Shown here one piece after another: positions 28,020 to 41,045 of a stretch of DNA of 64,000 nt. This stretch comes from Prorocentrum cordatum (Eukaryota): assembly GCA_963575745.1 (NCBI GenBank), contig CAUYUJ010000176.1, forward strand, positions 1-64,000, in the 5' to 3' direction. Both the position numbers and the translations under genes were made by a program. The notes under the pieces are model-generated. The model was not told where the DNA came from, ran no database searches, and saw only the letters and a program-made list of their open reading frames with translations. Position 1 is the stretch's first letter; each line of letters begins with the position of its first letter.

Positions 28020-29790
28020 ATCAGAGAAGGCGGTTGGTGGTCGGGTGTCGCCCTTCCCCCAATCGATTCAAACGCCCAGAGATTTTCCGAGGATCGCCCC
28101 CAGGACACTGAGACACGCCGTGGCAGCACGCTGCCACTGCCTGCTTGCTTCCCCCTTTTCGCACGAGTGGATTTCCTCCACTCCTGCTCTCGCACAACGG
28201 GCTGATCTCTGCACTGTAACTGAGGGTAGCTCGTCCGTGCCCTGCCATTTCGCGCCGGAGCCCGTTCGTTGGCCCCTGCACTTCTCGCACGCGCTGCTTC
28301 TAGCGAGCGTAGCTAGATAGAGTCGGGCTCCAACTTTGCTTCCCGCTTCTCCCAGCGCGCGGTGGTGGCTAGGAAGGGGACGTTTGGCTCCAGCATTGCT
28401 TCCCTCTTCTCGCAGCGGCTTGCCCAGATCCCAACGCTGTAGCAGACGACGTCGGGCTCTGCCTTCGCCTCCCGCTTCTCGCAGGATGGCGCTCTTCTCG
28501 CACACACTGTTCCCAGAGATGTTAGCTCTGCCTTCGCCTCCCACTTCTCGCAGGGTTGCGCTCTTCTCGCACACACTGTTCCCAGAGATGTTAGCTATAC
28601 GACGTGTGGTTCCAGCTTTGCCTCCCTCTCCTCGCAGCGGCTTGCCCCGATCCCAACGTTGTAATTGTCGACATCGGGCTCTGCCTTCGCCTCCCACTTC
28701 TCGCAGGATGGCCGCGGCAGAACATTACTCGCTTTTCTCGAAAGCGCTGTTCCCAGAGGCGTTAGCTAGAAGGGACACTCGGGCTCCAGCTTCGCCTCCT
28801 TCTTCTCGCAGCGGCTTGCCCCGATCCCAACGCTGTAGCTGTCGGCGTCGGGCTCTGCCTTCGCCTCTCACTTCTCGCAGGATTGCCGCGGCAGAACATT
28901 GCTCGCTTTTCTCGCACGCGCTGTTCCCAGAGGCTTTAGCTAGAAGAGACACTCGGGCTCCAGCTTCGCCTCCCTCTTCTCGCAGCGGCATGCCCCGATC
29001 CCAACGCTGTAGCTGTCGACATCGGGCTCTGCCTTCGCCTCCCAGTTCTCGCAGGATGGCCGCGGCAGAACATTGCTCGTTTTTCTCGCACGCGCTGTTC
29101 CCAGAGGCGTTGGCTAGTAGAGACACTCGGGCTCCAGCTTCGCCTCCCTCTTTTCGCAGCGGCTTGCCCCGATCCCAACGCTGTAGCTGTCGGCGTCGGG
29201 CTCTGTCTTCGCCTCCCACTTTTCGCAGGATGGCCGCGGCAGAACATTGCTCGCTTTTCTCACCCGCGGTGCTCCCAGAGACGTTAGCTAGAAGAGACGG
29301 TCGGGTTCCAGCTTCGCCTCCCGCTTCTCGCAGGCCCTCCTTCTCGCACGGACGACTCCCAGCGTTGCAGCTGATCGTGGCCCACCCGCGCATTTTGCAC
29401 AGCGCCAGCGTCCGCTGCCACTGCGCGCTCCCTTTCTCGCACGGATTGCTCCCAGCGTTGTAGCTGATCGTGGCCCACCCGCGCCTTCGTCCCTGTCGCA
29501 GCGCCAGCTCTGGCTGCCACTGCCTGCTTTCTCGCAGCGTCAGCTCTGCCTGCCACTGCTGGTCTTCTCTCACGGCATGATCCCTACGCTGTTGCTGATC
29601 ACGACTCTGCTGTCCCCGCACTCTGCCCGCGGCGCCGCATCGGCTGGCGCCCCGGTCTGCCAGGAGGTGGCGGAGGGTGGAGACGGAGAGGAGGAGGAGG
29701 GGGCGGGAGGGGGCGGGCATCCTGGCAGCTGCGCTTTCGCCTGATCTCAACGTTGTAGCTGATGACGTGGGGCTCCGCGCTGCTTCTTCA
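28020..29790 (-). pseudogene. Decayed pentatricopeptide-repeat (PPR) array
   Basis: Minus-strand translations give PPR-type fragments: EAKLEPD, EPDVVCYSVGI, ISYNAGSNPCEKGSAQWQRTLAL, CEKGEASRQWQRA, EPHVISYN; many frameshifts. Confidence 0.75.
28600..29335. repeat. 174-bp tandem repeat (4+ copies) within the PPR relic
   Basis: gccgcggcagaacatt at 28711, 28885, 29059 and 29233. Confidence 0.92.
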
Positions 29791-29963
29791 TGACTCGGGC
29801 GCGCAGCGCCACTTCGAAGTTTGCGCGCCGCATCGTCCAAGGGGCCCGGTGCAGGGGGGGGCCGCTCGGACGCGAAATGGCTAGGGAGAGGAGGAGGAGG
29901 AGGAGGAGGAGGAGGAGGAGGAGGAGGAGGAGGAGGAGGAGGAGGAGGAGGAGGATAAAGTGG

Positions 29964-30131
29964 CATAAACATTTAAAAAAAACTCGGAGGTCCGCGCGGA
30001 TTTCTCGGATCGGCGCTGGACCCCCCTCCCTGGCGCGCGGAGCGCGCCAGGGGCGGCGCCGGAGGCGTCGCCAGGGGGGCCCAGCGCGGATCCGAAAAAT
30101 CCGCGCGGACCTCCGAGTTTTTATGTTTATG
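29964..30131. mobile_element. MITE-like element, ACTCGGAGGTCCGCGCGG-TIR family (complete copy)
   Basis: aaaaactcggaggtccgcgcggattt / aaatccgcgcggacctccgagttttt; other copies at 37401-37542 (complete), 26952-27080 and 51905-52020 (one arm). Confidence 0.8.
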
Positions 30132-31199
30132 TTCTCCTAACCTGGGATCATCGATCCCCCCAAGAAAAAACACCCACGAAGCCGACGGGTGCACGGGGGC
30201 TGGGCGTCCGAGCGGTGGCGGGCGGCCTCACTTCTTGCCTCCGCGGCCGTCTCGCCCTCTCTCCCGGCGGTCTGCCGGGCAAAGCCTGGGCTAGCCATGT
30301 CCCGGCTGCCGCTCCGAGCGCGGCGTGATCTTTTTCACCGCTGCCAGTCTTGATTATCGCGCGGCGGAGGCTCGTGTTGTGACCGCACCGTTCCGCGCTC
30401 GTCGTCGGCCAGCCAAGGCTACCGCCCGTGTGCCTGGTCTCGGGGCTTCGGGCTCAAAGCCATACGGCGCCACCTTGCAGCGCTTCTCGGTGAAATGAAA
30501 CACTGTTCGTTAACGTCTTGTCAAATCCGAAGTGTCCAATCGCGCGATTGTGTCTGCGGGTGCCATCCACCGTTGTGCGGATCTCGCCGTCGTCCTTGTC
30601 CTCGGGTTTTTCGCGTGATCGGGCTTTTGTCGCCGATTTGATTTCAACACTTGCGCTTGGCAGTATTTAGCTTGTGACACCGCGGAGCGTTTCCTGGCAG
30701 TTCCTGCGATGACATATGTGATCGCGAGTTGTCTTCATCTTTGTCTCGTGCAAACTGATGTCCCGCCTGGGGCGTCTTAGAGCCTTACGCCATTCCGCCG
30801 ACCCTAAGAAGAGGTCAGGAGCTGACGGTTCGCCATTGCGCCTGATTGAAGCTTTTGTTGGCAGTGCAGTGGCTTTCGGCCCATCCCGCCACCGTGCCTG
30901 GCTTGTGGGTCAGTGGCTTCTTGGCCGCCAGCAGGGGTCTCTTGGGAAGCCTCTCAAGGGGCATCTTGGAGGCAGTTCTGACGCCTCTTAGGGGACTGTT
31001 AGGGGTTTTCTTGGGGGCCTCTTGTGGGCATCTTGGGGGCCTCTGGGGGCTTCTTGGTGGTCTCTTGGGCGCCTGCTGGCGGTCTCGGGTCTCCTCTTGG
31101 GGCGGACAATGCCATATCGATTTCCCCTCTTGTTCCCTCCTTGGGGCCTTTTTGGGCCCCTCTTAGGCCGTCTTGGGCGCCTCTTGGGCTGCCTTGTAC

Positions 31200-32140
<941 letters not shown>

Positions 32141-33374
32141 ATTTTGTGGGCACCCCAACATGCGAGAGGATGCGTAAGCATCTTCTCATGAGGATTGCAA
32201 AAGGAATCCGTGTTCATGGTTGTAGTCGCGATTACAGTCGCGATTGTAGCCGTAATACCTCGTCGTGGTTTTAGTTGTAATCGTAATCGTCGTTTTCGTC
32301 TTAGTCGAGAGCCTAGCAGTCGTCGCGTAGAGTCGTTGGGCGAGAGGTATAATGCTTGGGCTTTTCTCCCAGGGACAATCCTCCCTGGGCGACCCTGCAC
32401 GATAGAGTAATTTTGAGCACGTTTGTAAGAGGATTGCAATATAGATGGACACATTATTCGCCGAAGTCGTTGCTCACAATCTCCTCTTTCATCTCGTCGT
32501 CGTCGTTCTTGTATGGTGGGTGCCGCGGTTGACTAATTATATTCCGCTATTGGTTGGGCCCCAGCTCGTCCGTCGGGTCGCCGAGAAAAAAGGATGTGTT
32601 TCCATTGTTGGGGGGGTCTGAAGACCTGTCACGATTACCGTGTCGCCGGGGAGCCCCCACGAGGTTTGGACCCCAGGTGTGGGGGGGATACGTATGCGAT
32701 CCAGAGGGGGCCCTTGATTCAAGAAACTATACTGGCCAGCACTTGGCCTCTTGAGTTCTGCTCGCCACTCGCTTCTCTGCGCCCTCCTCGTTCTCCCCCT
32801 CCCCCCCGCTCGTATTCCTCGTCCTCCTCGTCGTGCTTCTGCTTCTCCCTCCTCGCGCCTCCCCTTCCCGCTCCTTGTCTTCCTCCATCTTCCCCCCTCC
32901 CCTTCTCCCTCCTCGCTCCTTTCTCCATGCTCCCTCATCCTTCTTCCTCCCTCCTCCCTCATCCTCCCATCTCCCTCCTCCCTCCCTCCTCCCTTCTCCC
33001 TCTCCTCCTCGTCATCCCTCCTTTTTCTCAATCCTTTCCCTCTTCCTCCTCCTCCTTCTCCTCCTCGTCCTTCTCCTCCTCTCCTCCTCCTCCTCCTCCT
33101 CCTCCTTCTCCTCCTTCTCTTCTCTCCTCCTCTTCTCCTCCTCGTTTTCGCCGGCACCTCATTCTCTTGCAGTGTTGTTCCGTGGTGTCTCCGTGCTCGT
33201 GCTCGTCGGGTTCGGCTCGGAGGGGCCCCTGGGAGTGTTAATCCGCGTCTTCTGACGTGCCTCTCAGTCTTGACTCATCACTGCGTGGTTTTGCAGAATC
33301 CCTAGACTCTCTCCTCGTTTCCCCTCCCTCCCTCCTCCATTTCCTCCCTCCTCGTTCGGCCCCGTCTGCAGCAG

Positions 33375-33439
33375 GGCCTCGCCACGCCGCGGTTCCCGGC
33401 GGCGCCGGCGGGTGTCTCGGAGGGCCTGCGGGCGTGGAG
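33375..33439 (+). CDS. Host gene exon A (GLATPRFPAAPAGVSEGLRAW-R), protein of unknown function
   Basis: CAG|G acceptor; GAG|GC donor; ends in phase 2, matching exon B. Confidence 0.65.
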
Positions 33440-33829
33440 GCGCGGCCCGAGGGCAGAAAGAGGAGGAGGAGGAGGAGGAGGAGGAGGAGGAGGGAGGAGG
33501 AGGAGGAGGAGAGGAGGAGGAGGAGGAGGAGGAAAGGAAAAAAGGGAAGGAATGGGAAGGAGGAGGGAGGGAGGAGGAGGAGGAGGAGGAGGAGGAGGAG
33601 GAGGGGGAGGGGATGCGGGAGGCGCGAGGAGGAGTGAGGACGAGGAGGAGGGGAGGAGGAGGAGGAGGAGGAGGAGGAGGAGGAGGAGGAGGAGAGGGAG
33701 GAGGAGGAGGCGGGAGGCGGGAGGCGGGAGGAGGAGTGAGGAGTGAGGACGAGGAGGAGGAGGAGGAGGAGGAGGAGGGGGAGGAGGAGGTGGTGGGCGC
33801 CGACCGAGAGCGCCGATAGCCGAGACTAA

Positions 33830-34200
33830 CACCGACGGGGTATGCCCACAGGGAATATGATCGGGCACAAGGGAGGCAGGCGCCGCCAATGAGTGAAGCA
33901 CCCGCCACCCGCCACGTGTGACCGTTATCAATCCAGGGAGGCCCCTGGAGATGGGTGCAGGCCTGGTTGGGCCCTACTCTGCTTCCTCTCCTGTCCCGAG
34001 TGGAGGGAACCACAGACGCCCCGAGGCAGGGGCCCAGGAGCGACCGCGGCACCCCACGGGGCACAATGAAGAAGCCAGAACCAACGGTGCAGATGTAGAC
34101 CCGATCGATCTGGGTCATGGTATGACCGCGATCGCGGAATTCCTGGAACACCGAGTCCCCCCCCACAGGAGTCAGAAGCCTGGCGAAGGTTGGCAAACCC
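33830..34200 (-). pseudogene. LINE endonuclease fragment
   Basis: Minus-strand HTMTQIDRVYI resembles the S/T-x-IDR-x-Y motif of APE-type LINE endonucleases. Confidence 0.4.
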
Positions 34201-35051
34201 GTGGCTGCTAAAACGGAGCTCCAGGATCTTGTTTTTTGGTTTTCCTGGAATCAGCTTGCTTACTACTTCGCGCGCTGAGCTTTCTTCCAGGAATTCGTTG
34301 TTGTTCGTTCGGGATGGCCGTTTTAGCAGCCACTGATGTGCCAGCCCTCGCCGAGCTTCCGAAAGAGGATGAGGGGGGGAAGCAGGAGGAGGAGGAGGAG
34401 GAGGAGAAGGACGACGAGGCGGAGGAGGCGGAGGCGGAGGCGGAGGCGGAGGAGGAGGAGGGGGAGGAGGGAGGAGGAGGAGGAGGAGGAGGAGGAGGAG
34501 GAGGAGGAGGAGGAGAGGAGGAGGAGGAGGAGGAGGAGGAGGAGGAGAAGGAGGGGAGGGAAGGAGGAGGAGGGAGGAGGAGGGCGGAGGGAGGAGGGAA
34601 TGATGAGGAGGAGGAGAGGAGGAGGAGGAGGGAGGAGGAGGAGAGGGGGAGGAGGAGGAGGAGGAGGAGGAGGAGGAGGAGGAGGAGGAGGAGGAGAGGA
34701 GGCTTCGACGGGGCGGCAAGAGGAGGGGTAATGTCAGCGTCGGCCGCGGCCGGTGCAGTCTCGACCGCCCGGGACTGAGAAGGGCCTGGGCCTGCGGCCA
34801 ACACGCGGAGCCACTCCTCAGCCTGCCGGGCGGATATGGATCGGAATCGTTTAACCAATCCCCATCCCCATCCCCATCCCCTTCGAGACCCCCGCCCAAT
34901 TACCACCCCACCCCTCCTCCTGCTCCTCCTCCTCCTCCTGCTCCTCCTCCTCCTTCTGCTCCTCCTCCTCCTAGTCAGACGGCACCCTCAGGCTCCTGAG
35001 CTCCTGATTTCCTCCTCCTCCTCCTCCCTCCCATCCTGGCCTGGAACTTAT

Positions 35052-35225
35052 GTTTAACCAATCCCCATCCCCATCCCCATCCCCTTCGAGACCCCCACCA
35101 TATTACCACCCCAGTTGGGGATACACCCCTCGAAACCCGAAGTGAACGGCCTATATCCCCACCTAGGGGGGCAGATCGGCCAGTGGGGCCCAGGCCACGC
35201 CGCTGGGGATGGGGATCGGTCAAAC
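35052..35225. mobile_element. MITE-like element (GTTTAACCAATCCCCATCCCCA TIR)
   Basis: Imperfect inverted end tggggatggggatcggtcaaac; left end duplicated at 34846-34910. Confidence 0.55.
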
Positions 35226-35439
35226 GATACTCAATGGAATTGTGCGTGCAACACCTTTGGCTTCCATTACACAGGTGGGCCAGGGTGCTGGGGGGGAACA
35301 GCCCCGACGAACGACGAAACACCGCCTACATCGAACCTCGCGCCGAATGGGCGCTAGAAGCTGCTTGACGGGCAAAGGGGGTCGGAGGGATGTTGGTCCA
35401 CCGCCCTAACCTGGCAAGCCTAGCGACTGCCCACGAAAC

Positions 35440-35990
35440 ATACTGGATCGTAGTTTTATGGAACTGCAGCTTGGCCTCGTCAGCTTTACAACAACCCTGG
35501 GATACCATGGCACGTCGAGAGGCTACCACAGCAAAACAGTCGGCCCAAGCGTTGCCTACCCACGCTGCAAGATCGCACCCCCGCTCGTGGGCCTGCTCGA
35601 CAAAGAGGTGGGCAGGGGTCCACACGCAGGAGAACCACGGCTTCCGCACTGGGCAAACTGGCCTTCCAGACGGCAGCATAGTTCTGCATCCCTTGGGAAC
35701 GCTCAGGGTCCCAACTCTGCCTCTCCCTAACAAGGGAGAGCAGGTCGGACACAAGGACCTTCAAATCGGGGGTGACTCGTACGGCCTGCAGGGCAGCCGT
35801 GCACTCCGCAAGTCCAGCTATTTGGAGAGGTTCAACCAGGTTCCCAAAGAACGCTCGCACCGGGAGACGTTCAGTGCCTGACTGGACAATGGCCCAGCCA
35901 GCTCTACGCACCTCAGGCACCGAAGATCCCTGGGCACTTCCGTCGCTCGACGCCGCAGGACCCCACACACACCCCGCACGCCACCCCACT
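35440..35990 (-). pseudogene. Non-LTR retrotransposon RNase H domain fragment
   Basis: SDGSA...RRAGWAIV...AE..AALQA...SD and, after a frameshift, WTPAH...GNAWAD match RNase H1 catalytic motifs. Confidence 0.75.
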
Positions 35991-36053
35991 TCTAGACCTC
36001 AGTTACCTCAGGTGGCCGAGGGGCGCTCACAGACAAAACAGGCAGGGCATATT

Positions 36054-36215
36054 CAAGAGGGAAAAAACACAACAGACACAATTAATCGTCGACTCCCCAG
36101 AAAATATTTGAAAATATGGGCAATGGGGGGGAAGACAAAAACCTTGAAAATATGGGAACATATGGGGAATCCTTGTATTTGTGTGTGTATTTATTTGTGT
36201 GTCCCAGGGCCCCTT
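36054..36215 (+). mobile_element. CAGGAGGG...GGGGCCCCTT element, copy 2
   Basis: Shared termini and core. Confidence 0.75.
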
Positions 36216-37114
36216 TATATATGACAGATACATGGTGTCCCCAGACTGGGCTGCCATGGGACCGCGCCAGCACGCGAAGCGCATTTCAATGAGGAAGACA
36301 CCGCTCCGACAGCACGTCCGAGTCGATCATCTGCTCTCTCTCATCGGACACGAGAGGAGCTTCGCAGTCGCACCAGACATGGCCGTACGAGCCGTCTGGT
36401 GCCGAGCAGGCGGCGCACGGCGGCTCCACCTGTCGCCCCCCCCCCCGGCCAGCCTCGGCGACGTCGGGAAGCGGTCAGCCCAGAGCGCCCTCAGTGCGCC
36501 AAGCTGCTGGGGCGGCACGGCTGGCCGCTCATGCCGTCCCCGAGCGCCCTCTCCCAGACTTTGGTGAAGGCCTTCCCCACCTCGGGGATGGCATTCAGCA
36601 GCTTCCGCATCTGCCACCTCCTGATGCTATCCTCCAGGTGCCCCTTCGTGTCGGCGGGGAGGAGAAACGACGTAGGCCTCGCTTTCAGTTCTGCTCTCTG
36701 CTTCCTCCTTCCATCGTTCATCCTCCTCCTCGTGCTTCCTCTGTCATCCCTCCTTCTTCACTCCTCCTCCTCCCCCCTCTTTCCTCATCGTTACCCCTTC
36801 CTCCTCCTCCTCCTCCTCCTCCTCCTCCTCCTCCTCCTCCTCCTCCTCCTCCTCCTCCTCCTCCTCGTCCTCGTCCTCCTGATCCTCCCACTGCTCCTCC
36901 CTCATCCCCCTCCTCCTCCTCCTCCTCCTCCTCCTCCTCCTCCTCCTCCTGCTGCTCCGCCTCCTTCTCCTCCTCCTCCTCCTCCTCCTCCTCCTCCTCC
37001 GCGGGCGCTCCCTTTCTGCTGCTCTCCCTCCCCGCCTGCTCGGTTTCCCCCGCGCCCCCTCTCTTCCCCCGGGCCCTGCCTCCGCGCCCTTGCCCCGTCT
37101 CCCCCCCCGCCGAG

Positions 37115-37208
37115 GCGCCTCAGCGGCGCCCGCGCCCTCGTGCACTGCGGCCACACCAACCGCCACACCTCCCTGGGCCTGCGCCACAGCGGCGCCGAGC
37201 TCGACCAG
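37115..37208 (+). CDS. Host gene exon B (RLSGARALVHCGHTNRHTSLGLRHSGAELDQ)
   Basis: GAG|G acceptor, CAG|GC donor, all 31 codons end in G/C, phases match exons A and C. Confidence 0.8.
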
Positions 37209-37400
37209 GCGCCCTTGCGCGCGCGGCCCGCGCCCCCGCGGGCCGGCAGCGCCCGTGGGCAGGCAGGCGCTGCAGCCTGGCGAGCCGCGGCGCCGGCGCG
37301 CGGGACTGCACCGACCGAAGTCTCTAGGACTATGTGAGGTGTCCTCACCGAGGGCGCTCCACTGCTTCTTAGGGGAACGAACGATGACAGAAGCATAATG

Positions 37401-37542
37401 ACTCGGAGGTCCGCGCAGATTTTTCGGATCGGCGCTGGGGCCCCGTGGCGGCGCCTCCGGCGCCGCCCCTGGCGCGCTCCGCGCGCCGGGTCCAGCGCGG
37501 ATCCAAGAGATCCACGCGGACCTCCGAGTTTTTATGTTTATG
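37401..37542. mobile_element. ACTCGGAGGTCCGCG-TIR element
   Basis: actcggaggtccgcgc / cgcggacctccgagt. Confidence 0.75.
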
Positions 37543-37880
37543 TCATTCTTCGTTTCCCTATACTTGCAAAGTGCCTACTCGCAAACGCCCCGAGCACACA
37601 TGGTCGCCTCGATGTAGTGGATCGGAGTCCCCCGCGGCGGATCCGGGCCGTTTGCGGGTAGTAGCGAGTAGTGGCCCTGCGCGTGATTTGTGGAGCGTCG
37701 TCGTCTGTTTCCCGGGCCCGGGGCCACCAGAGTCTCCGACGACCTGCCACTCCTATGCAGTTTCGGCGTCGGGGCCATCGACAAGACCCGGGGCCACCAA
37801 CCAAAGGAGCCCGGGGTCTGGGCCGCGGAAGCCGGCCGGCGTTCGGCACGACTCGTGCTGACGCTCTTCCGGGCGGCTTT

Positions 37881-38040
37881 CAGGAGGGGAAAAAACACAC
37901 AGGCACAATTGATCGTCCACTCCCAGGAAAATATGGGAAAATATGAGAAGTGGGGGGGAAAACAAAAACCCAGAGAATATAGGAAAATATGGGGAATCAT
38001 TTTATTTGTGTGTATTTATTTGTGTGCCCTGGGGCCCCTT
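37881..38040 (+). mobile_element. CAGGAGGG...GGGGCCCCTT element, copy 3
   Basis: Shared termini and core. Confidence 0.75.
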
Positions 38041-38067
38041 CAGGCTCAGGCTCAGGCGGCCCTAAGA

Positions 38068-38235
38068 TTAAGTCGGGCGTGTTCCTCTACAGGGAGAGTG
38101 TTCAAGAATAGTCAACGACTAGTCGTGGGACGATGTTTCTCCTCTTTGCTTATTTTTAAAGCTGTGTTTGAATATGTTTGACTGTTCTTACTTTGTCGTC
38201 TGAAATCCGCCTGTAGGGGGACATGCCCGACCTAA
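38068..38235. mobile_element. GTCGGGCATGTCC-TIR element, copy 2
   Basis: ttaagtcgggcgtgttcctctacagg / cctgtagggggacatgcccgacctaa. Confidence 0.7.
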
Positions 38236-40174
38236 GCCTAAGAGGACCAGGAGTCGCCGACTGATCGATCCAGGCCGTCCAAGATGGCCTCTCGACGACC
38301 CCCGAAGCCCCGAAGAATTTCCAAGGAGGCTCCAAGAGGGCCTCCAGGAGGGCCCCGAGAGGCACGGTGAGTGGACCCCCTTTCTGGCTTTTCACTGTTC
38401 TTCGTGTCCCCGACGCCCCAAAACGGCCCCAGATGTGCCAAGGATCGCCCCCAAGACGGCCGCAGAGGCACCCGAAAAGGGCGCCCAAACGGCCCAAGCG
38501 TCCCCCAGGATGGGCCAAGAGGCTTCAAGACGGCCCAGAAAGGGCCCCAAAAACAACCCAAGAAGGGTCCCAGAGGCGGAGCACGGACAGACATTTTGAG
38601 TTTGCCGCCCACAGGAGGCCCCCAGGAGACCCCAGGAGACCCTGGGAGACGCCGAAGAGGCCCCCGAGAGGCCCCAACGAGGGCCCCCAGACTACCCGCG
38701 AGGGCCCCAGGATGGCTGGAGACGCCACCGCAGAGCGTCGCAGCGTCAAGCCCAGCGGCGGGCCCCAAGCGGCGAGCTGTCCTGTCATCCTCGCCACCCG
38801 CCTCCATGCTCGAGGTCTCCATCGCTGTCCCTACCGGCCAGCCTCCCCCCAACGCCCTTCCCCCCTCCGTCTCCCCCCCCTTCCTGCTTCCTCCTTCCCC
38901 CCCCCCTGTTGCTCACGCGAGAGTCCCACCACGGCCCCAGAAGCCTTCAAGAAGCCCCAGGACGACGCCTCCGGAATCACCGTCGCCGTCGTTGCTCTCT
39001 TGAAGGAAACTTCACTACCCTTCTCCTCTGCCCATCCTTCTGCCTCTCCCCCTATCGTGCTTCTACCCTCCTCGTCTTGCTCCTCCCTCTTGCACGCCGG
39101 ACAATTCGCCTTTCAGTTGACCCGACCAGCCACACGCTAGAGCGGACTGCCTCTGCCTCGCCGCCGACGAACAAGTTTCTACCCTCCTCCGTGGTCTCGC
39201 TTCCGAGCTGAATCGGTCCTTCTCCTCTCACGGTGTCCTGCACCTCCTCGGGAAGCCCCGAACAGGCAGTCCGTGGGAAGCGGACAGCCTGGGAACCGCA
39301 CTGGGCCGCTTTGCGTGCGTCCCCTTCCCCTGCGTATTCCATGGAGTCTCGCCAGTCCTGTCCGCGTGCGCTCAGCGGTCGAGAGAGCTCGTGACCGCCC
39401 AAAACGGCCGTGAAAGAGCCACAAGACGGCCCAACACAATCGCAATAATTAAGAGCCTTACAAATCTGCCCAAACGCGGCCGACGAAACCCCCATGACAG
39501 CCGTAAAGGGCCCCCCGGGAGCTCGAAGACAACTCAGAGTCACACCACCATAACAGTTTTGGAAGGTGGTTGGGGGAGTGCTAGATGGCGAGGGAGAACC
39601 CAGAGACGGCCCAGGAGCTTTGAAGAGGTCACGAGAACACCCTCAGACGCCCACAAGAGGCCCCGGAATGCCCCGGAAAAACTTCCAGGTGCGCCTCAGA
39701 GGACCCAGCGAAACCCTACAACGCGAATGTTCTGCGCGTTCTGGACGCGCATTTTGTGAGGCGACTGGAATCCAAACGAGTCCCCCACAGAGCACACGTG
39801 CTTCCAAGACAATCCAAGAGAGCTCCCAGGAGCAACATAAGATGAGCACAATGATTAACGCATATTTCTTCGTCGGAGCTCTTCCCCGTCGTCAAGTCAA
39901 GCCCCCAAGAGGCAGACCCTTCTCATAAATCATCCCCACATAAATTTCAATGTCGTGGTTTGCAAAATCATTTGCTTGATTCCCCATATCCTAGGATGGG
40001 GTTCTTGTTATTACTTGGACGCCTCCTACTCCTTCCTCTTCTTCTCCTCCTCCTCCTCCTCCTCATACCTAGACTTACTCGGACCTACTCATCCCCAGAC
40101 TTCCTCATGCCGAGACTCACTCATACCCAGACTTACTCATGCTCAGACCTTCTCATTGTTTGACTTACTCGACG

Positions 40175-41045
40175 CAGCAGACTGTGAGGATGTCTGAGGC
40201 GGGGAGCTGGTTTCAGCACCCCTTAAGGGGAGCCGCCGAAGGGTATTGCACGGTCCCGTTCGCAGCCGTTTTGTAGGGATGTCTCAAACGGTTTCCCCGT
40301 TTTCTGTCTCAACATCTTTCGCTTGGAGAGCAGATTGTGAGGATGTCTCAGGCGGGGCGCTGGTTCCAGCACCCCTAAGGGGAGCCGCCGAGGGGTGTTG
40401 CACGGTCCCGTTCGCGGCCGTTTTATGGGGATGTCTCAAGCGGTTTGCCCGTTTTCTGTCTCAACATCTTTCGCTTGGAGAGCAGATTGTGAGGATGTCT
40501 CAGGCAGGGCGCTGGTTTCAGCACCCCTAAGGGGAGCCGCCGAGGGGTAGTGCACGGTCCCGTTCGCGGCCGTTTTGCGGGGATGTCTCAAGCGGTTTGC
40601 TTGTTTTTTGTATCAACGTCCTTCGCTTGGAGAGCAGATTGTGAGGATGTCTCAGGCGGGGCGCAAGTTTCAGCACCCCTAATGGTAGCCGCCGAGGAGT
40701 ATTGCACGGTCCCGTTCGCGGCCGTTTTGTGGGGATGTCTCAAGCGGTTTGTCTGTTTTCTGTCTCAACATCCTTCGCTTGGAGAGCAGATTGTGAGGAT
40801 GTCTGAGGCGGGGCGCTGGTTTCAGCACCCCTAAGGGGAGCCGCCGAGGGGTACTGCGCGGTCCCGTTCGCGGCCGTTTTGCGGGGATGTCTCAAGCGGT
40901 TTGCCCGTTTTCTGTCTCAACATCTTTCGCTTGGAGAGCAGATTGTGAGGATGTTTCAGGCGGGGCGCTGGTTTCAGCTACCTAAGGGGAGCCGCCAAGG
41001 GTGCTTCCACGGCTCCGTTCGTTGCCGTTTTGTGGGGATGTCTCT
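40175..41045. repeat. 152-bp tandem repeat, ~5.7 copies
   Basis: gcagattgtgaggatgt recurs about every 152 bp. Confidence 0.93.

Noticed and set aside
28336..29463. 375-aa ORF with 58-aa repeats as a real gene
   Set aside because: Antisense frame of the PPR-derived satellite, open only because the unit is 174 bp.
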